NCBI GenBank assembly: GCA_963778955.1 | Contig: CAVZWI010000001.1 | Coordinates: forward strand, 218,823-282,822 | Length of the DNA: 64,000 bases | From: an uncultured Chloroflexia bacterium | GTDB lineage: Bacteria > Chloroflexota > Limnocylindria > Limnocylindrales > CSP1-4 | Reading direction: 5' to 3' | Shown here: one piece after another, positions 1-8,754 of the stretch | Layout of the letters: each line of letters starts with the position of its first letter | Numbering within the stretch: position 1 is the first letter of the stretch | Made by a program: the position numbers and the translations under genes | The notes under the pieces: generated by a model | The model's input: only the letters and a program-made list of their open reading frames with translations | Databases searched by the model: none | Told to the model about the DNA's origin: nothing

Positions 1-228
1 GACGTTTGAGGCATAGGGGCCGACCGGCGCCACGACCTGGTCACACTGACCCTCGGTCGAGGTCGTGCCGCCCGTGCCGCCCTCCGCGATGTTGAGATAG
101 CCGTCGGACCCGAAGTCCAGCCCGCGCGGGTCGTCGATCCCAGTCGCGAACACCGAGGCGTTGGCCGACATCGCTGGCTGAGCCGCGGCGGGCGACGGCG
201 ATCGGTCCTGGGCGATCGTGCCAATCAT
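1..228 (-). CDS. ScyD/ScyE-like beta-propeller protein, 5' part (runs off the window start)
   Basis: My translation from ATG at 228 gives MIGTIAQD...FATGIDDPRGLDFGSDGYLNIAEGGTGG..., matching the G(L/I)xxPRGLxFGxDGxLY(V/I)AExG motif. No clean signal peptide in frame, so the start is uncertain. Confidence 0.6.
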   Translation of the reverse strand, partial: MIGTIAQDRSPSPAAAQPAMSANASVFATGIDDPRGLDFGSDGYLNIAEGGTGGTTSTEGQCDQVVAPVGPYASNV

Positions 229-477
229 CGTGAAGGTCGACCCTCGGCGCCTCCACCGGTTGTCAGCATGGTCCGCCTGATCATAGGACGCGCGCCAGCC
301 GGGCTCGACCGGACTTCGAGCAACGATGTACGGTTCGGAGATGCGGGGTGCGTGACTTGGCGGTACGAGGCGACGCGGTGATCTCTGACAAGAGCGCCTC
401 GGCCTGCAAGATCGCCGCAACGACGAGTCTTGGGACGTCTCGGCGACCAGCCGGCGGTCGATCGGGCGGTAGGGCAC

Positions 478-1926
478 ATGGGTCTCGACGTGCAGCGTAA
501 GTGGCTGATCCTTTCGAGCGTGTCGCTCGGTTCGCTCATGGCGACGCTCGACGGCAGCATCATCAACGTCGCGCTACCGGTCATCCAGAACGACTTCCTG
601 GTCGACCTGACGACCGTCGAATGGGTCGTGGTGGCCTACCTGCTCGTCATCGGCAGCCTGCTGCTGCCCGTCGGGCGTCTCGGCGAGGTCCTCACCTTCA
701 AACGGGTCTATCTCGTCGGCTTCACCATCTTCACGCTGGCCAGCCTCGCCTGTGGCGCCGCACCCAGCCTGACCGCGTTGGTCGTCTTCCGCATCGTGCA
801 GGCCATCGGCGCGGCGATGATCATGGCCATGGGGCCGGCCATCGTCGCCCGGACGTTCCCGCCGGCTGAACGCGGGCGAGCGCTGGGCCTCAACGGCGTG
901 AGCGTGGCCGTGGGACTCAGCCTGGGGCCGGTGCTGGGTGGGCTGCTGACCGAGTTCGCGACGTGGCGGGCCATCTTCATGATCAACGTGCCCATCGGTG
1001 TGGTGGCCATCGCCTGGGCGGCACGCATCCTTCCGGTCGAGTCACGGGGCAAGGGGCAGACGTTCGACCTTCGTGGCGCTACCTTGTCCGGCCTGGCGTT
1101 GTTCGCTCTCCTGCTCGCCCTCAGCCAAGGTCAGGAGTGGGGCTGGAGCAGCCCCGCCACGATCGGCCTGGTGATCGCCTTCTTCGTCCTGGGGGCCGCA
1201 TTCCTGGTCGCGGAGCGGACGTCACTCCAGCCACTCATCGATCTCGCGCTCTTCCGCATCCGACCCTTCAGCGCGGGCCTCGCCAGCGTCGTGGTGGCCT
1301 TCTCCGGGCTGTTCACGGCAACGTTCCTGCTGCCGTTCCTGCTGGAGCAGGGATCAGGCTTCTCGCCACTCGAGACAGGGCTGCTCTTGACGCCCGTACC
1401 CATCTCCATGGCCATCGTGGCTCCCTTCAGCGGAGCCGCCTCCGACCGGTGGGGGCCGCGCATCCTGGCCAGCCTCGGCATGGTCGTCATGGTGCTGGCG
1501 CTGCTCAGCCTGACCCAACTGCCAGCGAACTTCACATTGCCGGACCTGATCTGGCGACTCGTCCTGCTGGGTGTGGGCCAAGGTCTGTTCATGAGCCCCA
1601 ACAGCAGCGCCGTCCTTGGCTCGGTGCCACGAGGGCGTATCGGCACCGCATCAGGGACCCTGGCGCAGATGCGGGTCGTCGGGCAGTCGCTCGGGATCGC
1701 CCTCAGTGCTGCCATCGTGACCACCCGGCTGGACATGCACCTCACCTCGGGTGCTGGCGGATCGACGGCGGCTCAACAGCAGGCCGCGCTCGTGCAGGCC
1801 ATCCACGACGCCTTCCTGGTCGCGGCGATCGTCTGCAGCATCGGCATCGTCACCAGCCTGATCAGGGGACACAACCGATCCGGTGAAGGAGAGCCAGTCC
1901 CTGCGCAGCTTAATCGGTGGCGCTGA
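478..1926 (+). CDS. MFS drug:H+ antiporter, DHA2 (EmrB/QacA) family
   Basis: About 14 hydrophobic segments; LDGSIINVALP motif, GRLGEVLTFKR motif A variant, ERGRALG and LSLGPVLGG motif C. ATG at 478 preferred over the ORF-track start at 430. Confidence 0.92.
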   Translation: MGLDVQRKWLILSSVSLGSLMATLDGSIINVALPVIQNDFLVDLTTVEWVVVAYLLVIGSLLLPVGRLGEVLTFKRVYLVGFTIFTLASLACGAAPSLTALVVFRIVQAIGAAMIMAMGPAIVARTFPPAERGRALGLNGVSVAVGLSLGPVLGGLLTEFATWRAIFMINVPIGVVAIAWAARILPVESRGKGQTFDLRGATLSGLALFALLLALSQGQEWGWSSPATIGLVIAFFVLGAAFLVAERTSLQPLIDLALFRIRPFSAGLASVVVAFSGLFTATFLLPFLLEQGSGFSPLETGLLLTPVPISMAIVAPFSGAASDRWGPRILASLGMVVMVLALLSLTQLPANFTLPDLIWRLVLLGVGQGLFMSPNSSAVLGSVPRGRIGTASGTLAQMRVVGQSLGIALSAAIVTTRLDMHLTSGAGGSTAAQQQAALVQAIHDAFLVAAIVCSIGIVTSLIRGHNRSGEGEPVPAQLNRWR

Positions 1927-1930
1927 CCTG

Positions 1931-2178
1931 GTGTCTTCCGAACTCGTGATCGTCGAGGTACCGCGCACGGTTCGCCGAGCGGCGGCTCATCACCCAGGCC
2001 TTCCCGTCGACCTGTTGATGTCTCGCGCTGCGCAAGCCCTCGACAGCATGGCCCTGGTACCGCTCGATCGCGGCTGCTGCTGGCCGCTGCTGCCTTGGCC
2101 GAGCCGATGCTGCGCGCGCTCGACGCCATCCATGTCGCGGCCGCGGTCGGCCTTGGGCCGATAGCGGAAGTGACAAGG
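1931..2178 (+). pseudogene. Truncated and frameshifted PIN-domain (VapC-like) toxin remnant
   Basis: VSSELVIVEVPRTVRRA...VPLDRG joins LLLAAAALAEPMLRALDAIHVAAA across a 1-nt deletion near 2070. The N-terminal (Y/L)xDTS acidic motif is absent and no antitoxin is adjacent. Confidence 0.65.
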
Positions 2179-2278
2179 GCTCCAGCCCAGCCGTCGTGGC
2201 GGACTGAAGCCCTGAGTGCAGAGGCGATGTGGTGCGTCGGGAGGTCGGCGCACGCCCGTCGCACCGAACCCGCGGCGG

Positions 2279-3226
2279 CTACTCGGCGGTCGCCTCGGAC
2301 GCGACCGCGTCTGACTCGACGACCAGCCAGCTGAACGGCGTGGATCGATTCACTGGAGCTGACAGCCGGATCGTGAACGTGTCCTTGTTGGGGTTCGTGG
2401 TGACCCAGTACGCGCGGTCGCGCAGGTTCGTCGATGGCGTGACCATCACGATGGTCCCTGGTCCGACGTCCCAGCCCGGCTCGACGATCACGAGACGACC
2501 ATTCCTGGGCACGCTGGCGAAGCCACTGGCACTCTCGAGCGGCGGACCAGTCTCACCTTGCGGGCCGCTCTCACCCTGCGGCCCCTGAGGCCCGGCCGGG
2601 CCGGTCTCGCCTTGCGGACCCGCCTCGCCTTGCGGACCCGCCTCGCCTTGCGGGCCAGCTTCGCCCTGGGGGCCTACGGGACCGAGCTCGCCGGTGGCGC
2701 CGTCAGCACCGGCCGGACCGACCTCACCCTGTGCTCCGGGTTCACCCTGGGGGCCCTGCGGGCCGACCAGGCCCGGCTCGCCCGGCTGGCCCTGTGGACC
2801 AGTGTCACCCTGTGGACCAGTTTCACCCTGTGGACCGGCTGGTCCTGGCTCGCCCATCGCGCCGTCGGCACCGGCTGGGCCGACCTCACCCTGTGCTCCG
2901 GGTTCGCCTTGTGGACCGATCGGTCCGGCCGGACCCTCGGCGCCGTCGGCACCCGCTGGGCCGGTCTCGCCTTGCGGGCCGGCTGGTCCTGCGGGACCCT
3001 CGGCGTTCCAGCTGACGAGCGTGTCGCCAGCCGCGCAATGGTCCGCGGGCACCTCGCCGACACCGACATCGATCAGCACCGCGTCGGGCGTGATGCAGCC
3101 GTAGTAGCTGTCGGCCGATTGCGCGGCCACGCCGGCTGGGACGAAGCTCGCCGCCAGCATCGCGACCACCGCGACCACGACTGGGCGAAATGCGGCCCCC
3201 CGTTTCGTCCTGAGCGACTTCTGCAT
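2279..3226 (-). CDS. Secreted collagen-like protein (about 51 uninterrupted Gly-X-Y triplets)
   Basis: Signal peptide ([20 protein letters not shown]), a small two-Cys N-domain ending VSWNAEG, a GPA/GPQ/GET repeat tract and a roughly 80-aa globular C-terminal domain. Confidence 0.9.
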   Translation of the reverse strand: MQKSLRTKRGAAFRPVVVAVVAMLAASFVPAGVAAQSADSYYGCITPDAVLIDVGVGEVPADHCAAGDTLVSWNAEGPAGPAGPQGETGPAGADGAEGPAGPIGPQGEPGAQGEVGPAGADGAMGEPGPAGPQGETGPQGDTGPQGQPGEPGLVGPQGPQGEPGAQGEVGPAGADGATGELGPVGPQGEAGPQGEAGPQGEAGPQGETGPAGPQGPQGESGPQGETGPPLESASGFASVPRNGRLVIVEPGWDVGPGTIVMVTPSTNLRDRAYWVTTNPNKDTFTIRLSAPVNRSTPFSWLVVESDAVASEATAE

Positions 3227-3397
3227 GATCGATCCCTCCTCAACTGACGATAGTCACGCCGTGATGCTACTGGGTCGCGACCCGTAGGCGTGAGCCGGTC
3301 CGGCAGCTATAGTGCGCGGGTAGGAGGGAGCGCCGCGCGCGGGTCGACGGTCCCCGCAGCGTCAGCGCCTCGGCGAAGACCGCTGAAAGGGTGTGAC

Positions 3398-4198
3398 ATG
3401 CGACTCAAGTCAAGAGGATTGGCGGCAGCGACCGCGGCGCTCCTGTTGGTTTCGTTACCGGTGTACGCCCAGGAGTCGACGAGCACCGTCTTGTTCGCTG
3501 GCAACGGCTTCACTTTCGACGAGTCGCTTGGTGCCAGCGTGAACATCACGCAGGTGCCCGGCGGCCCCACGGGCGAGGACGGCCCAGCCGCCCTCGGTCC
3601 GGGCCACCAGGCATTCACGTTGTACGGCCCGCGACAGGAAGGGGCACGGGTGCCACGAGCGCTCAGCTCACCCGGCGTCGTGCGCTTCTACCGCACCGCG
3701 GATCTGGCGGGCCACGGCTGGCAGGCACAACAACTGACAGAACTGCAGTCCCTGCTCGATGAGCGCCCCGATCTGGCTCCATACACGGCACCTGGTGAGG
3801 GCGGCGCATCTCTACCGCTGCCGTTCGTGCTCGATGGCTCAGCGGCACAGGCCATCGATGCCAGGGCGCAGTACATCGACACATCGAGTCTTGCCGGCAT
3901 CGCCTACCTCACCGTGTTCCGCCAAGACCTGTTCCCGTTCGCGGCCGGCGACTTCTGGTACTCCTTCCAGGGGCTAAGTGCCGATGGCGAGTGGTATGTC
4001 GCGGCCGACTTCAAGATCGAGGCTGACATGTTCCCGGCCAAGGTCAGCGGGAAGGATGCGAAGCAGGTCGGGACCGCCAAGAAGTGGATGGCCTACCAGG
4101 AACAGAGCGTCCAGACGCTGGAGGCGGCGACGGCCGATGCGTTCACGCCGCCACTCTCATCGATCGACGACCTCATCATGTCGATCGTGACCGCCTGA
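3398..4198 (+). CDS. Secreted hypothetical protein
   Basis: Signal peptide MRLKSRGLAAATAALLLVSLPVYA from ATG 3398; protein-like composition (YSFQGLSADGEWYVAADF). Confidence 0.7.
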   Translation: MRLKSRGLAAATAALLLVSLPVYAQESTSTVLFAGNGFTFDESLGASVNITQVPGGPTGEDGPAALGPGHQAFTLYGPRQEGARVPRALSSPGVVRFYRTADLAGHGWQAQQLTELQSLLDERPDLAPYTAPGEGGASLPLPFVLDGSAAQAIDARAQYIDTSSLAGIAYLTVFRQDLFPFAAGDFWYSFQGLSADGEWYVAADFKIEADMFPAKVSGKDAKQVGTAKKWMAYQEQSVQTLEAATADAFTPPLSSIDDLIMSIVTA

Positions 4199-4199
4199 G

Positions 4200-4878
4200 T
4201 CAGGCGGCACGCTCGATCCCGTCGATGATGAGGTCGAGCCCGAACTCGAAGGAGTCGCCGAAGTCGTAGCCGGGCCGGAGGACGTGCTCGGTCGTGAACT
4301 CGGCCAGGACCGGGTAGTCGGCCAAGCCCTCGCGAACCATGTCCGCGGCCATCTCCACGATCTCTCCCCTGCCGCCACCGGGCAGGTTGGCTTCCTGGAG
4401 CGCGAAACCGTAGAGGAAGCTGTCGATGATGGCGTAGGCGTGCGCAGTCAACTGTCGCGAGAGGCCGCCCCGCCGCAGGCAACCCAGCACGGCATCGTGG
4501 TGGCGCAGCGTCGCGGGACCCGGGTCGCGTCGCGATTCCATCAGCGGCGGCGCCCACGGATGGCGACGCAGGACCTGCCGGGCCGAGTGGCACCGTTCAC
4601 GGATCGCGTTCTGCCAGTCCATGTCGTGGGGCGGGAGGACGATCTGACCGAACACGACATCGACCATCCCGTCGATCGATCTTCTCCTTCGACACGATGT
4701 AGTGGTAGATGGTCATCGGCTTGACGTCGAGCGCCGCCGCCAAGCGCCGGATGGTGAAGTCCTCGATGCCGATCTCGTCGGCGAGTGCGACCGCCCCGAT
4801 GAGGACGCGGTCGTGAGAGAGGGCCGGTCGGTGCATCTCAGTCGTCATCGTCACGTTCTTCACGATCTCGGTCGTCAT
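4200..4878 (-). CDS. TetR/AcrR family regulator with TetR_C domain (apparent +1 frameshift at about 4677)
   Basis: HTH FTIRRLAAALDVKPMTIYHY in one frame continues as IDGMVDVVFGQIVLPP...FEFGLDLIIDGIER in another after removing one base. Confidence 0.85.
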
Positions 4879-4907
4879 CGTCTGTGTCCTATCGTCGATC
4901 TCACAGG

Positions 4908-4965
4908 TTGACATTTTCGTACTAAGTACGTTAGGGTTCGTCAGGTCAGGTCGTACTAAGTACGA
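4908..4965 (+). promoter_or_regulatory. Sigma70-type promoter overlapped by two TetR-type palindromic operators
   Basis: TTGACA at 4908-4913 and TAGGGT at 4932-4937 (18-nt spacer). CGTACTAAGTACG at 4918-4930 and TCGTACTAAGTACGA at 4951-4965 are odd-length palindromes between divergent tetR and oxidoreductase genes. Confidence 0.8.
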
Positions 4966-4991
4966 TAGCATCGAACGAAGGAGCCCACAGC

Positions 4992-6035
4992 ATGCAGGCA
5001 ACGACTCATCAGGACCCCGCCAAGACGGCGACCGCCATGGCAGGAGAGCGCACCGGGACCATGCGGGCCATCGTCCAGCGAGCGTACGGATCGACCGAGA
5101 CACTTCAGCTTGACGAGATCGCGCGTCCGGCCGTCGGGGCCGAGCAAGTGCTGGTGGAGGTCCGGGCGGCCGGTGTCGATCGCGGCACGTGGCACTTGAT
5201 GACGGGAAAGCCCTATCTCGTCCGGCTCTTGGGCTTCGGTCTCACGCGGCCCAGGAACCCAGTCCCCGGTGCGGATGTCGCCGGCAGGGTGGTGGCCGTC
5301 GGGTCGGACGTGGAGCGGTTCAAGGTCGGCGACGAGGTCTTCGGTATCGCCAACGGTTCCCATGCTGAGTTCGCCGTCGCCGATGCGGACAAGCTCGCGC
5401 AGAAGCCGGCGTCCCTTCCCTGGGAGGAGGCAGCCGTGGCGTCGGTCTCGGGCATCACCGCGCTCCAGGCTCTGACTGAGATCGGCAAGGTCGAGGCCGG
5501 CCAGCATGTCCTCGTGATCGGCGCGTCGGGAGGTGTCGGCAGCTATGCGGTCCAGATCGCGAAGGCGCTCGGTGCCCGCGTCACCGGTGTCGCCAGCGGC
5601 GCCAAGGCTGACCTTGTTCGTTCGCTCGGCGCCGATGCGGTCATCGACTATGCCCAAGGCGACTACCTCGACGGCTCGACCCGATTTGACCTGATCATCG
5701 ACATCGGTGGCCGGAACTCGCTGCGGCGCCTGCGGCGCGCCCTCAGGCAGCACGGCACGCTCGTCATCGTCGGCGGCGAAGGCGGCGATCGCCTGACCGG
5801 TGGGCTCGGCCGGCAACTGGGAGCCACGCTCCTGTCGCCGTTCGTCTCGCAGCGGATGACGATGTTCATCAGCAAGGAGCACTACCGCTACATCGAAGAG
5901 CTGGCGGGCTTCATCGAGCGGGGCGAGGTGACGCCGTCCGTGGGTCAGCGCTACCCCCTCGAGCAGGTGCCGCAGGCCATCGCAGACCTCGCCGCCGGAG
6001 AGGCCCAGGGCAAGTCGGCGATCGTCGTGCGCTGA
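4992..6035 (+). CDS. NAD(P)-dependent MDR-family oxidoreductase (quinone reductase-like, zinc-independent)
   Basis: GroES-like N-domain (VLVEVRAAGVD, PVPGADVAGRVVAVG), Rossmann motif VIGASGGVGSYAVQIAK, C-terminal GKSAIVV. Confidence 0.9.
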   Translation: MQATTHQDPAKTATAMAGERTGTMRAIVQRAYGSTETLQLDEIARPAVGAEQVLVEVRAAGVDRGTWHLMTGKPYLVRLLGFGLTRPRNPVPGADVAGRVVAVGSDVERFKVGDEVFGIANGSHAEFAVADADKLAQKPASLPWEEAAVASVSGITALQALTEIGKVEAGQHVLVIGASGGVGSYAVQIAKALGARVTGVASGAKADLVRSLGADAVIDYAQGDYLDGSTRFDLIIDIGGRNSLRRLRRALRQHGTLVIVGGEGGDRLTGGLGRQLGATLLSPFVSQRMTMFISKEHYRYIEELAGFIERGEVTPSVGQRYPLEQVPQAIADLAAGEAQGKSAIVVR

Positions 6036-6098
6036 GCGCGGAGGCGCCGCTGAGGCTGCTGACCGAGGCCGGCGTCGCATGTGTGCTACATTCGTCGC

Positions 6099-6350
6099 AT
6101 GACTGAGGTAGCGTCCCGCCAGCTGCGCAACGCCACCCGCGCCCTGCTGGATCGTGTCGCCGCCGGTGAGGACATCACCATCACCGTGGGCGGCAGGCCG
6201 GTCGCGCGGCTCGTGCCACCGGAGCCGCGGCAGCGCTGGATGTCCCGGGAGGCGTTCGCAAGCCAGGTCCTCGGCCACCAGGCGGATGCCGGGTTGGCGT
6301 CTGACCTCGCAGAGCTGGCGCCGGGTACCACCGACGACCTGCCCCTGTGA
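6099..6350 (+). CDS. vapB: Phd/YefM family antitoxin (VapB-type)
   Basis: MTEVASRQLRNATRALLDRVAAGEDITITVGGRPVARLVP is a canonical Phd/YefM N-terminus; overlaps the PIN gene by 4 nt. Confidence 0.88.
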   Translation: MTEVASRQLRNATRALLDRVAAGEDITITVGGRPVARLVPPEPRQRWMSREAFASQVLGHQADAGLASDLAELAPGTTDDLPL

Positions 6351-6736
6351 TCGAGCGCGGGCTGGCCGACACGTCGGTGTTCATCGCCCGGGAATCCGGT
6401 CGGGCCATCGACCTTGAGGCATTGCCCCAGCGGCTGGCCGTGTCAGTCGTGACCATCGGGGAGCTCCGGGCCGGCGTGCTGGCCGCCACCGACACCGCGA
6501 CCCGTGAGCGCCGCCTTGACACGCTCACCGCTGCCGTGGCACTGGATCCGATCGGAATCGACGTCTCGGTCGCGAACGCCTGGGCCAGCTTGCGGCTGGC
6601 ACTACGTGACCAGGGCCTGCGGATGCCCATCAACGATTCCTGGATCGCGGCTACGGCGATGGCGCTGGGCGTTCCCATCGTGACCCAGGATCACGACTTC
6701 CCGACGCTCGGCGAGCTGACGGTCATCCACGTCTGA
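6347..6736 (+). CDS. vapC: PIN-domain toxin VapC
   Basis: LADTSVFI, SVVTIGEL, INDSWIAATA and IVTQDHDF PIN motifs. Confidence 0.9.
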   Translation: MIERGLADTSVFIARESGRAIDLEALPQRLAVSVVTIGELRAGVLAATDTATRERRLDTLTAAVALDPIGIDVSVANAWASLRLALRDQGLRMPINDSWIAATAMALGVPIVTQDHDFPTLGELTVIHV

Positions 6737-6842
6737 CTGGATAGATGCGTGGCGGGGCTCCGCTGGATCAGGCTCGCAGCGCCACCGGTTCCACGTGGTT
6801 CGTCTGATATGCTCGCTCATCCTCCCCTGCCGCGCGAGCTTC

Positions 6843-7295
6843 ATGGCCAACGAAGACCTGCGACGACTGATCGCACCGCACGCGAACGACATCGGTGGCC
6901 CGGTCACCGCGCTCCGTACCCTCCAGCAGCATCGAGGCTGGATCGAGGACGAGGCGGTAGACACGGTCGCCGACGTGTTCAACCTGAGCCGGGCCGAGGT
7001 GCGCGGCCTGGTCGGCTTCTATGCGGACTTCCGGACCGCGCCACCGCCGGCCCACAGCCTGCGCGTCTGCCAGGCGGAGGCCTGCCAGGCAGCCGGCGCG
7101 CGCGAGCTGACTCGAGCCATCGGCGAACGACTGGGCATCGCGCTCGGTGAGACCACTCCGGACCAGCGCATCGGGCTCGAGAGCGTCTACTGCCTGGGCT
7201 TGTGCGCACGCGCGCCCGCGATGATGGTGGACGGAACGCTGGTGGTGGACGGCGATACCGCCGCCGAACGCATAGTGGATGGCCTCTTGGCGTGA
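6843..7295 (+). CDS. fdsG: NAD-dependent formate dehydrogenase gamma subunit (NuoE-like, 2Fe-2S)
   Basis: LSRAEVRGLVGFYADF; CQAEACQAAG and YCLGLC cysteine pairs. Confidence 0.88.
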   Translation: MANEDLRRLIAPHANDIGGPVTALRTLQQHRGWIEDEAVDTVADVFNLSRAEVRGLVGFYADFRTAPPPAHSLRVCQAEACQAAGARELTRAIGERLGIALGETTPDQRIGLESVYCLGLCARAPAMMVDGTLVVDGDTAAERIVDGLLA

Positions 7296-8753
7296 CCGAC
7301 CGCGTGTTCGTCCCGTCCGAAATCGGTCGCCAACGCACTGGGTGCTGACCAGGTCGCCGCTGCCTTGTCGGCAAGCGGAGGCGAGGTACGGCGCAATGGC
7401 TCGCGTGGTCTCCTCTGGGCCGAGCCGATGGTCGAGATGGAGCGCGATGGCCGCCGCATCGCCTTCGGAGCGGTCGGCCCCGACGGTCTGGACCAGTTGG
7501 ATGCGCACGAGCTGGGTGCCGTGGATGATCTCCTGGCCGGGCAGACGCGGGTGATCTTCGGCAGTTGCGGCACCTACGAGCCCACGGACCTGGACGGCTA
7601 TCGTACGCACGGCGGGTTCGGCACGCCCGACCTCACCCCGCAGCAGATCATCGATGAGGTCACCGTCGCCGGCCTACGCGGCTACGGCGGCGCGGGCTTC
7701 CCGGCCGGCATCAAATGGCAGGCCGCCGCCGACCAGCCAGCCGACCAGAGGTACATCGTGGCCAACGCCGATGAGGGCGACTCAGGCACGTTCTCAGACC
7801 GGCTCATCATGGAGGGCGACCCCTACCTGCTCATCGAGGGTATGCAGCTCGCCGGCCGTGCCATCGGTGCCACGCGCGGCGTCATCTACCTGCGCTCGGA
7901 GTACCCCCTGGCGGCGGCGGTCCTGGGCGAAGCCCTCGCGAACGCGCGTGCCGGCGGCATCCTCGGCGCCGACTTCGATGTCGACCTCTTCATCGGTGCC
8001 GGCGCCTATATCTGCGGCGAGGCGACGTCTCTGCTGGAGAGCCTGGAGGGCAAGCGTGGCGAGGTCCGCTCCAAGCCGCCGCCCATGGCGGTCAAGGGCC
8101 TGTACGGCAAACCGACCGTGGTGAACAACGTCATCACGCTCTGCGCGGTGCCCTGGATCGTACGTCACGGCGGGGCTGCCTACGCGAAGCTCGGCGTGGG
8201 CCGCTCGACAGGCACGATGCCCTTCCAGCTGGGCGGCAACGTCAAGCGCGGTGGCCTCTATGAGCTGGAGTTCGGGGTCACGCTCGGCGACCTGGTCGAG
8301 AAGTGGGGCGGCGGGACCCGCAGCGGCCGACCGGTTCGTGCTGTACAGGTCGGGGGACCGCTGGGTGCCTACCTGACGCCCGACCATTTCGACGTGCCCA
8401 TGACATACGAGGCACTGCGGGAGATGGGTGCCGACATCGGCCACGGTGGCGTGGTGGTCTTCGACGACAGCGTCGACATGGCAGAGCAGGCCCGCTACGC
8501 CTTCGAGTTCTGCGCCGAGGAATCGTGCGGCAAGTGCACGCCCTGCCGCATCGGCTCGGTTCGCGGTGAGGAACTGCTGCGCGAGATCATCGCCGATGGC
8601 CCCCGCGCCGACCGGCTCACGGTGCTCGACGACCTGTGTGCGGTGATGGAGGGATCGAGCCTGTGCGCGCTGGGCAGCATGACACCCAAGCCGGTCCGCA
8701 GCGCCCTGCGGCACTTCCCCGAGGACTTCGGGCTACTGGCGGAGGGCCGCTGA
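7292..8753 (+). CDS. fdsB: Formate dehydrogenase beta subunit (NuoF-like, FMN/4Fe-4S; apparent +1 frameshift at about 7320)
   Basis: GLRGYGGAGFPAGIKW, NADEGDSGTFSDR, GAGAYICGEATSLLESLEG and ESCGKCTPCRIG. GTG 7292 (VTDRVFVPSE) joins SVANALGADQVAAAL after removing one A. Confidence 0.88.
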
Positions 8754-8754
8754 C

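Noticed and set aside
2558-3247. Long plus-strand ORFs over the collagen gene, and the many other antisense or alternate-frame ORFs rich in Arg/Pro/Ala
   Set aside because: Shadow ORFs expected in high-GC DNA; they have no family motifs and overlap well-supported genes.
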